Assembly (NCBI RefSeq): GCF_000143415.4
Contig: NW_003314339.1
Location: 365,751-429,750, forward strand
Origin: Selaginella moellendorffii
Taxonomy: Eukaryota; Plantae; Lycopodiophyta
Reading direction: 5' to 3'
Length of the DNA: 64,000 bases
Part shown: positions 48,553-60,106 of the stretch, in pieces
Layout of the letters: each line of letters starts with the position of its first letter
Position numbering within the stretch: position 1 is the first letter of the stretch
Position numbers and translations under genes: made by a program
The notes under the pieces: generated by a model
What the model was told of the DNA's origin: nothing
The model's input: the letters and a program-made list of their open reading frames with translations, nothing else
The model's database searches: none

Positions 48553-49226
48553 ATGGAGGCGTATGAGGCGACCAGGATTGTCTACTCACGTGTCCAGGCC
48601 GTGGATCCGGATAACGTGTCCAAGATCATGGGATATCTCCTCCTTGAGGATCAAGGCGAGCGCCAGATCTTCGGCTTGGCCATGGGTCCCGACGCGCTGC
48701 TCCAATCCGCGGTGGCCAGGGCGAGAATGCAGCTGGGCTTGCTCGACTCCGCCAGCGCCAGCGCCAGCGCTGCGGCGGCGACCCAAGTCATGCTCCAGCC
48801 GCCATCGCCATCGCCGCCGCCGCCGCCGCCTCGAGGAGTTGATCACATCCATTCTCCTCCTCCTCCTCTGGGCTCCGGATCATTCCAGCGGCGGCAGCAC
48901 AGCAGCGGCGCCGCTAGCTTCTCCGGCGGTGTGTTTCCCAATGACCACTTCTACCCGGAGACGTTCGCGTTCCTCAACAGCAGCAAGATCAAAGCCGAGA
49001 CGTCGGGCGCGGGGTGGCCGCTCGACGATCCCGGGGACGATCACATCCATTTGCGCTGGTCGTGTTGTTGCAACTGGCCCAAGCCTTGCGTCTACTACTC
49101 GCGGGGATTCTGCAAGCACGGCTCTAGCTGCCGCTTCTCGCACGATCACATCGTCGATCCCTCCTCGCCGGGGGGGCCAGACCCTCCTGTCGATGGCCAG
49201 GGACCCCAGCACGATCATCCTCCTCC

Positions 49227-49257
<31 letters not shown>

Positions 49258-50332
49258 ACGGGAGATGGATCATCACCATCGCCATCGTCGCTGGAGCGAT
49301 TGGACCGCGAGCTGCAGGAGCTTCTTTCCAGCCGCACCTCGCCGGTTTCCATCGCCGCGCTGCCGCAGCTCTACTACGAGAGATTCGGGAGGCCGTTGCA
49401 AGCCGAGGGGTACCTGACCGAGAGCCAGCGGCACGGCAAGTCGGGCTACAATCTCACCAGGCTCCTGTCCAAGCTCAAAGGAAGCATCACCGTCATTGAT
49501 CGGTGAGTGACCTCTTCTCGATCTCTCCTTGCCTGTTCTTGCTCCTTATCTACCATCGCCCTCCTTGTTTCGGGGAAAGCTAGCTCCTCTCTCACTCTCT
49601 CCCTCTCGAATGTTTCTTTCCAGGCCCCATGGCCAGCACGCGGTCGTCCTGGCCGAAGACGCGCACAAGTTCGCCACCTTCGCAGGCGAGCATTACGATC
49701 TGAGCGGCGTGAATCCGAGCTCCAGACAGATCTACCTCACATTTCCGGCCGAGAGCTCCTTCAGCGAGGATGATGTCAGCATTCACTTCAGGTAAGTCGT
49801 CCTTGTATTGATTCCATTCCATGTTGGGTGTTACGGTGTTTCCATCTTTCTTCCATGCACAGAGCCTACGGCCCAGTCCAGGACGTCCGGATACCCTTCC
49901 AGCAGAAGCGAATGTTTGGCTTCGTCACCTTTGTCTACCCCGAGACGGTCAAGATCGTTCTCTCCGAAGGGAATCCTCACTACATCTGTGGCGCCCGAGT
50001 GCTCGTCAAGCCGTATCGCGAGCGAGGAAAGCATGGAGACAGGTTTGGTGCTTAGATCTCTACTGCCGCTCTTACAAGTTCTTAAGAGATTCCTTCGTTT
50101 TTTTTTTGCCACCGCAGGAAACATCTGGACAAATCCGATTCTTCCAAGTACGTGGATCTCGCGAGCAAGGACAGCAGCCACGGTAATATATCTTATCGCG
50201 TTGGATTCCGCTCGAGATAAGCTGATCGAATTTGTCTCGCTCGCAGTGTTGAGCTTCCACGACGCTGGCCGTTTCCAATCCCAGGATGATCCTGGGATTT
50301 CTTCCGCCAGCTTCGAGCGCTCCGACAGGTGA
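48553..50332 (+). CDS. CCCH zinc finger + LOTUS/OST-HTH-like + RRM protein (AtC3H18-like); 3' end may extend to about 50503
   Basis: [74 protein letters not shown]. Confidence 0.88.
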
Positions 50333-50896
50333 AAAATGGCTCTGAGGACGCTGAGAATCGCGTTTCTAACGAAGGGAAGAGTGTTTTGGCTCCAGAATAA
50401 CGTTCGGGGTGGCCGATAAGAAGTTGACAAACTGGGTCACTGCTGCTGCATCGTGTCCTTCACAAAGGAGTCAAGAACAAACGCTTTGCACGAGAAATCC
50501 ATAGAAAGGTGTCGTACCTCCATTTCTTTTTTCTCCTTCTTCGTTCTCCACTAATGATATGATCTTCCTCCTGCCAGAGAAAGAACCAAAAAAGAAAGAA
50601 CAAAATACATACATCGTCATGATTTTACAAACCCAAAGCACGGGGAGGAGCTGCATGAACTTTGGCGTGGCCCTTTCGATAGAGAACACCTTTTTTTTTT
50701 CCTTCACTAGGATCTTCTCTAACAGGCTTACCGCGAGAGACGGTCCTGGACAGTATTCCTACGTACGAAGCTATAACTCTGCTTGACGATTGTCATGAAT
50801 ATAACACACCAAATGCATACGTACCTCTTTACCCATTACACAAGAGTGATCGTGCAAACTACATAGGGCTCGAGAGCTCTAACAAAACCGTAGCGT

Positions 50897-52187
50897 TCAT
50901 TTGTTTACTGGTTCACTGGTTTTGGATGCTTCCCTCTCCGCGCTCTTCTTCTTTTCTCTGCGGCCACGAGAAGCGCGCTACCAAGTCAGCCACTGGCAAG
51001 AAAAGATCTAGACACTACACACAGACCTGTCAATGTACTCCTTGAGCAGGTCCTTGGCCTGCGAGAGCTTGGTCAAGAGATTTCGGTACACGTCCAGGTC
51101 TCTATCCACGCTCATCTTGCTCACGTTCAGCGCATTGCAGAGCTGCGCAGCAGTGACGAGTAAAGTGACGAACAGGCCGCGAGCACAACTCTCACCTTCT
51201 CCAAGACGGCCGGATCGGAAGCGTTTGCCCGTTCCACCAGCCGGAACAAACCGACCGCAAAGAAACGGCTGTAGTGAAAGCTCGTCTTCCCGGCGGCGCG
51301 CTGTGCGATATCCTTGAGGACCTCCTCAACGTCGCCGTCGCCCGAGTTAAAAGACGCGAGGGACGAAGCCGTCTGTGAGGATGCCCATTCCTCGAGCTTT
51401 TTAGCGTCTTTCCTGCGATACCGAAGCGAAAGTAGAAAGTGAGGAAGCGAGCATCAAACAACATAAAGAAAGAAGACCTGTACTGATCGGGGTCTTCTCC
51501 CAAAGCTTCGATGTAGGCCTTGAAGATGGCTTCGCTGTCTTGCGCGTTCGGGTAGCCGTCCATGAGCTGGTCGTAGACAGTCACAAAGCCGAGAGCAAAC
51601 ACCGCATCGTACTTGTAAGTGGCGTTGTATCGCATCAAGTGCTGCTGGACGAGGAGCTCCTGCAAGACGTTGTTGTAAATGCTGGGTATCGGCTTCCGGA
51701 AAGCCTTGAGGAATGCCGACTTGGTATCGGCCACAGTTGGAACATCTCCTGCGTTGGATCGAGCAAAGAAATCGAAAGAAAAAGCTGTTAGAATGGATAG
51801 ATCACAAAGCTAGACTCTCAGGAAGAAAGAAAGAAAGAGGCCAGACACACAGACAGCGAAGAACCAAAGCTATATCACACACACAAACACAAAGAAAAGA
51901 ATAGAAGAAGCGAATCCCAAACAAGAATCCATGGCTACCTAGGAAAGATGATAGCAATCTCGTGAAAGTGAGTACCAACCAGCAGCGACCGCCGCTGCGC
52001 ACGCAATACTGCAATGCGGAGGATGGAAGAAGCGCTGGGACGAGGAGCTCGCAGCGTCACACCCTAAAAATCTCCACCTTACAATCCTGGCCAGTGTTAC
52101 GCACCTCACGACGCCCAGATTGATCGCGGGAGCTTGATCGCAGCTGCGCGTGTGATGGAATGTGGTCACTGCCGATAGCGCTGCCAT
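50897..52187 (-). CDS. THF1: THYLAKOID FORMATION 1 / Psb29
   Basis: TVADTKSAFL...PIPSIYNNVLQELLVQQHLMRY...FALGFVTVYDQLMDGYP, FHYSRFFAVGLFRL, VDRDLDVYRNLL. Confidence 0.95.
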
Positions 52188-52329
52188 AGCTAGGGACTAG
52201 CGGCGAGAGAGCGAGATTGTGCGCCACATCGCCTTATCCATCCCCACCATGTCATTGCGAGGAGTGATGACGTGTCCCCAATAAACCCTAAATCACAGTG
52301 CTCGTCTTCTTTCTTTCGCGTTTAGGGCG
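52188..52329. promoter_or_regulatory. 142-bp divergent promoter region between THF1 and YchF
   Basis: Telo-box AAACCCTAA 52283-52291, I-box-like CTTATCC 52233-52239 and an ACGT core near 52270. Confidence 0.5.
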
Positions 52330-54139
52330 ATGGCGCCCAAGGCCGCGGCTGGCGCCAAGGGCAAGGACGCGACGGCGGAGCGCCAGATCCTCGGCAGATT
52401 CTCGTCCCATCTCAAGATCGGCATTGTGAGTGCTCCATTTCTCGGCCGGGAAGAAGAAATTCTCGCCTCGATTGATTCTGGCTTGCATTGTTCGCAGGTG
52501 GGGCTTCCAAATGTCGGCAAGTCCACTCTCTTCAACACGCTCACCAAGCTCTCCATTCCTGCCGAAAATTTCCCCTTTTGCACCATCGAGCCCAACGAGG
52601 CTCGAGTGTCGGTTCCCGACGAGCGCTACAACTGGCTGGTCCAGCACCACAAGCCCAAGAGTGAGGTAAGCTACGATTTTTTGTATCGATCGTGATTTTC
52701 TCGAGAGTTTCTCTCGTTTCGATTGATATAGGTGTCGGCTTTTCTGGAAGTGCACGATATAGCTGGCCTCGTCCGAGGTGCCAACGAAGGCCAGGGCCTC
52801 GGGAACAATTTTTTGTCACACATCCGGGCCGTGGACGGGATCTTCCATGTCATTAGTGAGTTCGCCACTTGATATCTTTTGATTTGATCTCATCATGCCT
52901 TGTGTTTCAGGAGCTTTTGACGACGTGGATGTGATTCACGTAGAAGACAGCGTCGATCCCATCCGGGATTTGGATATTATCACGCTGGAGTTGCGACTCA
53001 AGGTAGTACTGTTTAGTTGCGCGAGAGCTTGCTTCAACTGCTTATAGGATCTAGAGTTCATCGAGAGACGAATCGAAGACATCGACAAGGCGTTGAAGAG
53101 GAGCAATGACAAGCAGCTCAAACTGGAGCTGGAATGCTGCCACAAGGTTGACGTTTGAGCTTGAATGGCACGGCACAGGTTGTAACACTTGAATATGGTT
53201 GCGCTGCCTTTTAGGTGCACGAGAGTCTCAAGCAGGGCAAGGACGTCAGGCTCGTGGAATGGAAGCAGTCTGAGATAGAGTTCCTTAACACATTCCAGCT
53301 GCTTTCGGCAAAGCCAGTTGTATACCTGGTACTGTCTCGATTGCTTCCTTCTTTCTGAGCTTTTGAAGAGTTATGGCGCAGGTGAACATGACGGAGAAAG
53401 ACTATCTGCGTAAGAAGAACAAGTGGCTGCCGAAAATTCACGCCTGGTAGGCCACTCGCTGTTTAACGCAGACTCTTCTCAGCCTAGCACTGTGTGTTCA
53501 CAGGGTTCAGGAGCATGGAGGGGACCCCCTCATTCCCTTTAGCGGAGTGCTGGAGCAAAGGCTAGCAGACGCGCCTAGCGATGAAGCAGCGGTTCAGAGG
53601 TACATAATCCGTTTTCAGCTCTGATGTGAATCGTCTTGTGTTCTTCAGCGCTTTGCCAAAGATTATCAAGACGGGGTTCGCGGCCATCAACTTGATATAC
53701 TTCTTCACGGCTGGTCCTGACGAGGTATTCGTGATTCACTTTATCTTTTGACGTTCTTAGCTCGTGCTTCTCTTGAAGGTGAAGTGCTGGCAAATAAGGA
53801 AGCACTCCAAGGCTCCTCAGGCCGCCGGCGCAATCCACACTGACTTTGAGAGGGGATTCATCTGTGCAGAGGTAGAGAAAACCAATTTCGATCGCCTGTC
53901 ATTCGTTCATTGGTGCAAATTAAACCTTTTCTCAGGTGATGAAGTTTGAAGACCTCAAAGAACTTGGATCCGAGGCTGCTGTCAAGGTAAAAAATGGATT
54001 TTGGGTGATTTGCAAGGAAGTATTTGTGTGTTTTGTCTTCCAGGCTGCTGGCAAGTACAAGCAAGAAGGCAAAAACTACGTCGTGCAGGACGGAGATATC
54101 ATCTTCTTCAAGTTCAACGTGACAGCGGCCAAGAAGTGA
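52330..54139 (+). CDS. OLA1: Obg-like ATPase YchF/OLA1, multi-exon
   Basis: [72 protein letters not shown]. Confidence 0.96.
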
Positions 54140-54235
54140 AATTCTACGCGATCGATCCCTAGTTTTGTTTTGTAACATCCTAAAGGCAATCAAGGAAAAG
54201 AGAAGGTTTTGCGCTGCCCTAGGCTAGAAGTTCCA

Positions 54236-56862
54236 ATGGGTGATGGTGTTCTCGCGGTGGAGCGCTTCGCTGAGGCGAGGGCTCCCGAGCTTGAATCGCT
54301 CTTCGCGGCGCTGCAAGGTTCCGGTAAGTCCAGCGATGGGCTGGCGTCCATCAAGCGCAGGACCAAGAGCCACAATCGCCGCAAGCACCGCTTCTGGAAC
54401 CACCAGGAGAAGAAATCCAAGAAGAAGGCGATCAAAGAGAATGGTAGCGCCAATGCCAGTGCCAATGCCAATGCCGGGGACAAGGAAGATGGAGTGGTGG
54501 AAGGCGAGGATAAGAAGAGGAAGAGGGAGCTCAAGGTGGCTTCCTTGTCTAGGCGTGTCCGGAGACGAGTAGAGCTTCAAGACGTGGTAAAAGGGAAGGG
54601 AGGCTCTTGCAAAGATGGAACTCGACGCCTTGTTACTCATGTGTGGCATGCCAAGCGCTTCTACATGGCCAAGCGCTGGGGATACTGGCTTTCCAGTGGC
54701 ATCCCTGGAAGGTTTGCTCTCTTGTGGTGATTTTCTTTCGTCGTTTAGATCTCATCCAAGTTCCAGGGGACGATGCGCAGCGACTGTGTTGAGATGGGCT
54801 GATCGTGGAGCTGTGCTGCACGACGCAAGCTACTACAGCGCTATCCAGCTCGAAGGTCCTCAAGTAACTCGATTCGTTGCCTCGCAGCGTATTGCCAGCA
54901 TTGCTAACTCTCTCGCTTTGGCTCTACCAGGAGGAGTTGTCACGAGTTTTGGGACTGGTTTTGGAGCCACTGGCTGGAAATGTCTCTGGTGTGCCATGCT
55001 ACGTGATCGCTATGGTCAGTTTTTCACTTTTCCAATGAGTTCTTCGTTCTTCTCATGGTTGGTGTTTTCCTTTCTTTTTCTTTATTTTGATCTCAGGCTC
55101 ATCACTGTGGGAAGGTGCCGCTGTCTTGCATTGCTCCTGTCAAGGTGGTCTTTTGTGCGGACCATGAGAAGCTGTGGATCTTCGTTCATGCAGCTGCATT
55201 TGATGAGGTCTTCGAGGCTGTGCAAAACGCTTCCCAGGTTTGTGAACGTTTTCGCTAGCGTCGTCTAACAGTTATAACACTCCACGAGCTTTACTTTGCA
55301 GGGCATTTCTAGTGTTACGTGTAAGTCGAGGAAAGACGAGCTTGCTACTTTGGAGATTTTTGGGAAAGAAACTTTCCAACTTCTGGATAAAGTGATGAAA
55401 CCTGGGTGCGTCACAGAGTCTGTTTTTCATTCAAGGACTGACTTGAAAAAACTTTGCAGGTCTGATGGCACGTCTTCTTTTGAAGGACTTTTGAGCAAAC
55501 TTTCAAAGCAGGCATGTGTAGAGCTGGAAGTTTGTGACCCTCGACATCGTTTCCTTTTAGAGAGCGATCCGGCTGTCCCTGTCGAGAACGAAACGACGAG
55601 AAACGAGCCTCCTGTCCCACAAGTAGAGGAGACTATCAACAATCTGGACGCAACATACTGGCGAGCTGTCATGGATCAACAACCAAAGGCCGAACAAGGC
55701 AGCACTTCGAGACTATGGGGTCCGTCCAGTGCTGTTGAGCCTCCACCATCTGACAAGACCGTAAACAAAAGGCAGCAAGCTCATCGCTTGTCCCACTTTC
55801 GCTTGGAAACCAAGGACGCGGAGCCTCCCTCCTGGAAGAAATGTCCCATTTTGCTGATGAAATACCAGCAAAAAGCCTTGAACGGGTGAGTTATTTGCTT
55901 TTGTTTCTTCTCACCATCACTTCAACTCTGAAACTTGAAGGTGCTGGCTTGTTCTTCCCAAGAGCTGGGTCCACGCATTCTGGATGTCGCTAGTGCTTGC
56001 TGGAGCTCGTGTGATCGGTCAGGCAGAACGACGCTGGATCATGACGCACGTACGTTGGCTCTCGAAAGTCTTTAGTCTGTCAAACTCAAACTCGTGTTTT
56101 GGCTTGTCAGGGAGGGATATCTTCATTCCCGCACGACTTTCCAGACTGTCTGGCGAACAAAGAACTCTCAAACCATGATAGAGACGGCGATGAAGAGATG
56201 GAACAAAGTCCAATGCCCGTGGATCGAGAGGAGAGCAAAGTCTCGCTGTTTGTCCCGCGAACGGCGCTTGTGCTCTCGGCGTATCTGCAATTACACGATC
56301 TAACTCTCTCCCAGTTCAAGCCAGTGACTGCTACTAGCTGGACCATGCCTTCCACACCCGGAGCCTGCTACCTCAAGGTGATGATCCAGCCTGTGCGGAA
56401 GGGTGTTCCGGAAGAAGGCTGTCTTCTCTATGCTCCAACTTTGCAAGACTTCCATGGGTGGCTTGACAGGTGAGCTGAGCTCTTCAGGATTTGCGTGTTT
56501 ATGCTTGATGTTTTCATCTGATCAGAGCGCAGAAGTGGCAAGGTTTGGAAATTGAGAACCAGGACGGAAGTGAGATCCGGGACAGGATTGGTTTCGTTAC
56601 TTCAGCACCTCCATGGCGAAGGTTGGCTCTTCTTTTTTTTGTGAACTCGCTGTTCATTGTGTTGCATGGTTTATGCAGTGGAGACGCGGCCATCGCGTTT
56701 TGCGACGCCAGCCAACTTTGCAAGCTCCGGCATTGGCAAGAAGCTGAATCCGCTGAGAGCTTTGGCAAGGACGCCAAGGGGATTCTTGTGTTCTTTCACA
56801 ATCCGAGATCATCCAGGCTCAGGCCGGCATTGGCATTAGTAAATCTAGAGCTCGAAAACTAA
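54236..56862 (+). CDS. POP1: RNase P/MRP protein subunit POP1, multi-exon
   Basis: FAEARAPEL, RRTKSHN, RLVTHVWHAKRF, LHDASY, W..AFWMSLV..GARVIG, FPHDFPD, IGFVT. Confidence 0.88.
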
Positions 56863-57219
56863 CCAAGTTGGTTCATCGTTGGAACTTTCTCGGCTCTGGC
56901 ACACGCGATCTCACGATTCAATGGGAATTTTCTCGACCCCACCACACGCGATCTCGCTGTCACAGGTGACAGAAGAACAGAAGTTGGCGGGCCAAGTTTT
57001 TCTTCTGCTAGACAAGTGCCTTGCTGCTTGTTGACGACTGTGTGGAGAGAGTTACTACTCAGACTGACTTAAAGTTGTAGCTTCCTTTTTTCTTTTGCTG
57101 CTTGTGAATCCACAGACACGAACTATTAATTGATGAGTTCGATCTTTGCAAGAAGCAGAATTTGAACGCCAAGGAACTTCATGTAGTAACTCTAGAGATG
57201 GAGAAGCTGTCTTGAGTGT

Positions 57220-59079
57220 CTATAGATCGTGTAACACCACTGGTAAATGGTTCTTGGTGCTGATCTTTGGGAAGTTGATCACTTTCTCTGGCTCCGCTTC
57301 CCATCTACACACATACGCACCAAGGAAGCACTGAGAATTCGGAGGATGGGGCATTTGGACAGACCTGAATTGAGTCACAAAGTGATGAAGAAACACTGCA
57401 GTTTGTACTTTGGCCAGTTCTTGTCCCGGGCAAAGTCTCGCTCCTCCTCCAAACGGCAGCACATACGATGATGGAATGCTTTTCTGATGCAACCAAGTTG
57501 CAAGTTGCAAGAATGAGAACTAGTGCTTAATACCTCTAACCAGCGCCAGGGGTGGAACTTGGTGGGCTGTGGAAACATCTTCTCATCGAAGTGAATGTTG
57601 AGAAAATAAGGAAGAACTGTCCAGCCTTTTGGGATCACATAGCCTGGAAGAGAGAAAACACCATAGTGTAACACTTCCCAAAAAGTCGGAAGATTTCACC
57701 TCGGAATTCCACGTCCTTGAGTGCCTTTCTCATCACTCCTTGAGCCCCATTTGCCAGGCGGAGTGTCTCATTGAAAACCTGCGCTCAAACAATGCGTAGA
57801 AACAAAGTTTGTCTGAAGTCTGGGCATATACCGCGTGAGTGAAATCTAGCGACATGTATTCATTCCATGTTAGACCCTCGCTTGGATCTTTTCCCTTTCG
57901 GATCGCAAGGTTTTCCTCCTGGAGACAAGAGTTCCATGCAGCGTTAGCCAGGGATGAATAGTTCTTACTCTGATCTGTTCCAGAGCTTTGGGATTCTCCG
58001 ACAAATTCTTGACTGCAAAGGCGATGATAACCGCTGGAATGCCCTCTGCGTTTGCAATGTTGATGAGGGCATTGTCGACGATGATCTGGTCCGCGTCTCT
58101 CTCCTCTTGCTTAATCTCCTCGATCAAGGCATTGAGGATGTCCTTGTGCTCGATGTCGGGCCGAGATCTCCGGAACGCTACCATGCCACTTATGATCTTG
58201 GTCAGCTTCTTACGTGCCTGAAAGATTGGAAGCAAAGTCACTTAGATCTACGCAAAAGAAGCATGAAGAGCACCTTCATGGCCCGGTGGTATGGAGTCCC
58301 TGGTATCATCAATGGGATTCCAATTATACCCCCCATGAGCCTGTTAAATTCCTCGAAGATCGTTGCCGAGAGCTTGCCTGGTTCCAGGCCAAACAGCTGC
58401 TTCATCAGAAAGTCGTGCGTGATCTGGCAAGAGTTTTACAAGATTACTATACGAGGATCATATATGCTAATGTACCCTCTGGATTTCGTCCTGGAGCAAG
58501 ATCTTGGTGCCCCTGCTCCACGTACTCATCCCTTGCTTGGTCAGGAGCTCCATCTCGCGAGTGAGGTGCTTCTTGAGAGGCGTGGAGCTCACAAACCTCT
58601 TGAGCATGGCGTGCATTCTCTTGTGGAGCTCGCCGTGCTGGAAGAGCATTGCGTGCTCTCCCAGCACGTCCTTGAGCGACCGAGGGTAGCCAGACTCAAA
58701 CAGCACCCCCTCGTTGTGGAGCACAAACTTGACGCCCTCCACGTCCGTGATCATGATCGTCTTGCCCGTGAGCAAGCTCGTCTTGAACACTGTCCCATAC
58801 CTTTCCACACAAAGATCATATCAGCATTCACAATCCAGCAACAAGATCATTGTATACGTACTTCTTTTCCCTCTCCATTGGGAAGATGTAAGGAGCCTCG
58901 GAGCGAGCAATCGTCACGTAAGGAATGAGCTCCCCAATGAGAGGCCATCCCATGCTTCCAGGGGGGAGCCTCTCCAGCTTCCGGAACCTCCATGATCGCC
59001 AGTAAACAAGCGCCACGAGCCAGAGAGCTCCGGCGATCCCTGCTATGGACGTCCACACCATAATTCTCGAATCCACCAT
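57220..59079 (-). CDS. Cytochrome P450, CYP85 clan (CYP90-like), multi-exon
   Basis: TM anchor, LPPGSMGWPLIGE, YGTVFKT, FVLHNEG..FESGYP, ETLR, FHPWRW and heme motif FGGGARLCPG. Confidence 0.93.
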
Positions 59080-59280
59080 AGCTGTCCTATCTCGCTCACT
59101 TTGCGGCTCTCGAGAGAGAGGAAAGGTAAAGAGAGAAAGAAAGAGGTTTTCAATGAGACATTGGTTGGAAGAACTTACGTGCACACTTTAGAACCTTTCC
59201 TCTCGCAGCTGCCGATGCGTCGCTATCTGCGGGACTTACTTACCCAGCTGCCCTTCCGGTCAAGTGATGCGTTGAGCAAA

Positions 59281-59424
59281 CTTATTCAACGCTGAGTTAA
59301 CCCATAAACTCAGTTGGCTTTTCGCTCGCTTATTCAACGCAGAGTTGACCCACAAACTTTGGCTTTTCGCTCGCTTATTCAACGCAAAGTTGACCCATAA
59401 ACTCAGTTGGCTTTTCGCTCGCTT
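59281..59424. repeat. Three copies of a 45-48 bp tandem repeat with internal hairpin
   Basis: cttattcaacgctgagttaacccataaactcagttggcttttcgctcg and two variants; stem ctgagtt/aactcag. Confidence 0.9.
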
Positions 59425-59496
59425 ACAATTTCAGTCGGTGGAAAAACAATGCAAAGTGAAAAAAAATCAAACCCACACAATTGTTTGTTTTCAGTA

Positions 59497-59640
59497 AGTC
59501 AACTCGAGTCAATCGTGAGTCAACTCGAGTCAATTGTCAATGACTCGAGTCAAACTTATTTTGTACCGAAAAGTGCACAAAAGGGTACGGACGTCGTTTT
59601 CCACGTGACTGCCGACGTGGCAATGGAATCGCCACACGTC
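59497..59640. promoter_or_regulatory. W-box cluster plus G-box/ABRE in the divergent P450-kinase promoter
   Basis: Five AGTCAA (reverse TTGACT) within 59497-59553; CACGTG 59602-59607; ACGTGGC 59615-59621. Confidence 0.5.
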
Positions 59641-59972
59641 ACGAGACTGTGGAGCCGAGTCCAAAAGAAAAATCACACAGGCGTGTGTGGCCATGGCCAA
59701 GTGAAGGATCTCGGCGCCAGTGGCAGCTTCTATGAAAGGCGCGAGGAAAGCTCCACGGATCTCTCTCTCTCCCCCTCTCTCAAATCGCATCCAGGCGAGC
59801 AGGGCGCGCCAGAAATCCCCACTCGTTTTTCCAGGCTTTCCATCTTCTCCCCCATCAATCGATTGCCAGCGGCGCAGGGTGAAAGAGGGGCGGAGGAGCG
59901 CGCGCGCGAGCGAGCCAGCTGTTGTGATGCGCGGCACCGATCCGTGGATCTCGTGTCGGTGTTGCTCCTCGG

Positions 59973-60074
59973 ATGGGCAACTCTTGCTGCTTGAGCCTGT
60001 GCGATTTGCTCCTGGGCGCCGAGAGTGAAGATCCCCGTGTGCTGTGCCACACTTGCTCCATTCACCCCGGCGGC

Positions 60075-60106
<32 letters not shown>

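Noticed and set aside
43894-59079. Biosynthetic gene cluster (prenyltransferase plus P450)
   Set aside because: The HPT looks like the conserved tocopherol enzyme and is separated from the P450 by unrelated housekeeping genes.
59281-59424. CRISPR-like array (palindromic repeats); also 11740-11950
   Set aside because: Units are directly adjacent with no unique spacers, there are no cas genes, and the context is eukaryotic.
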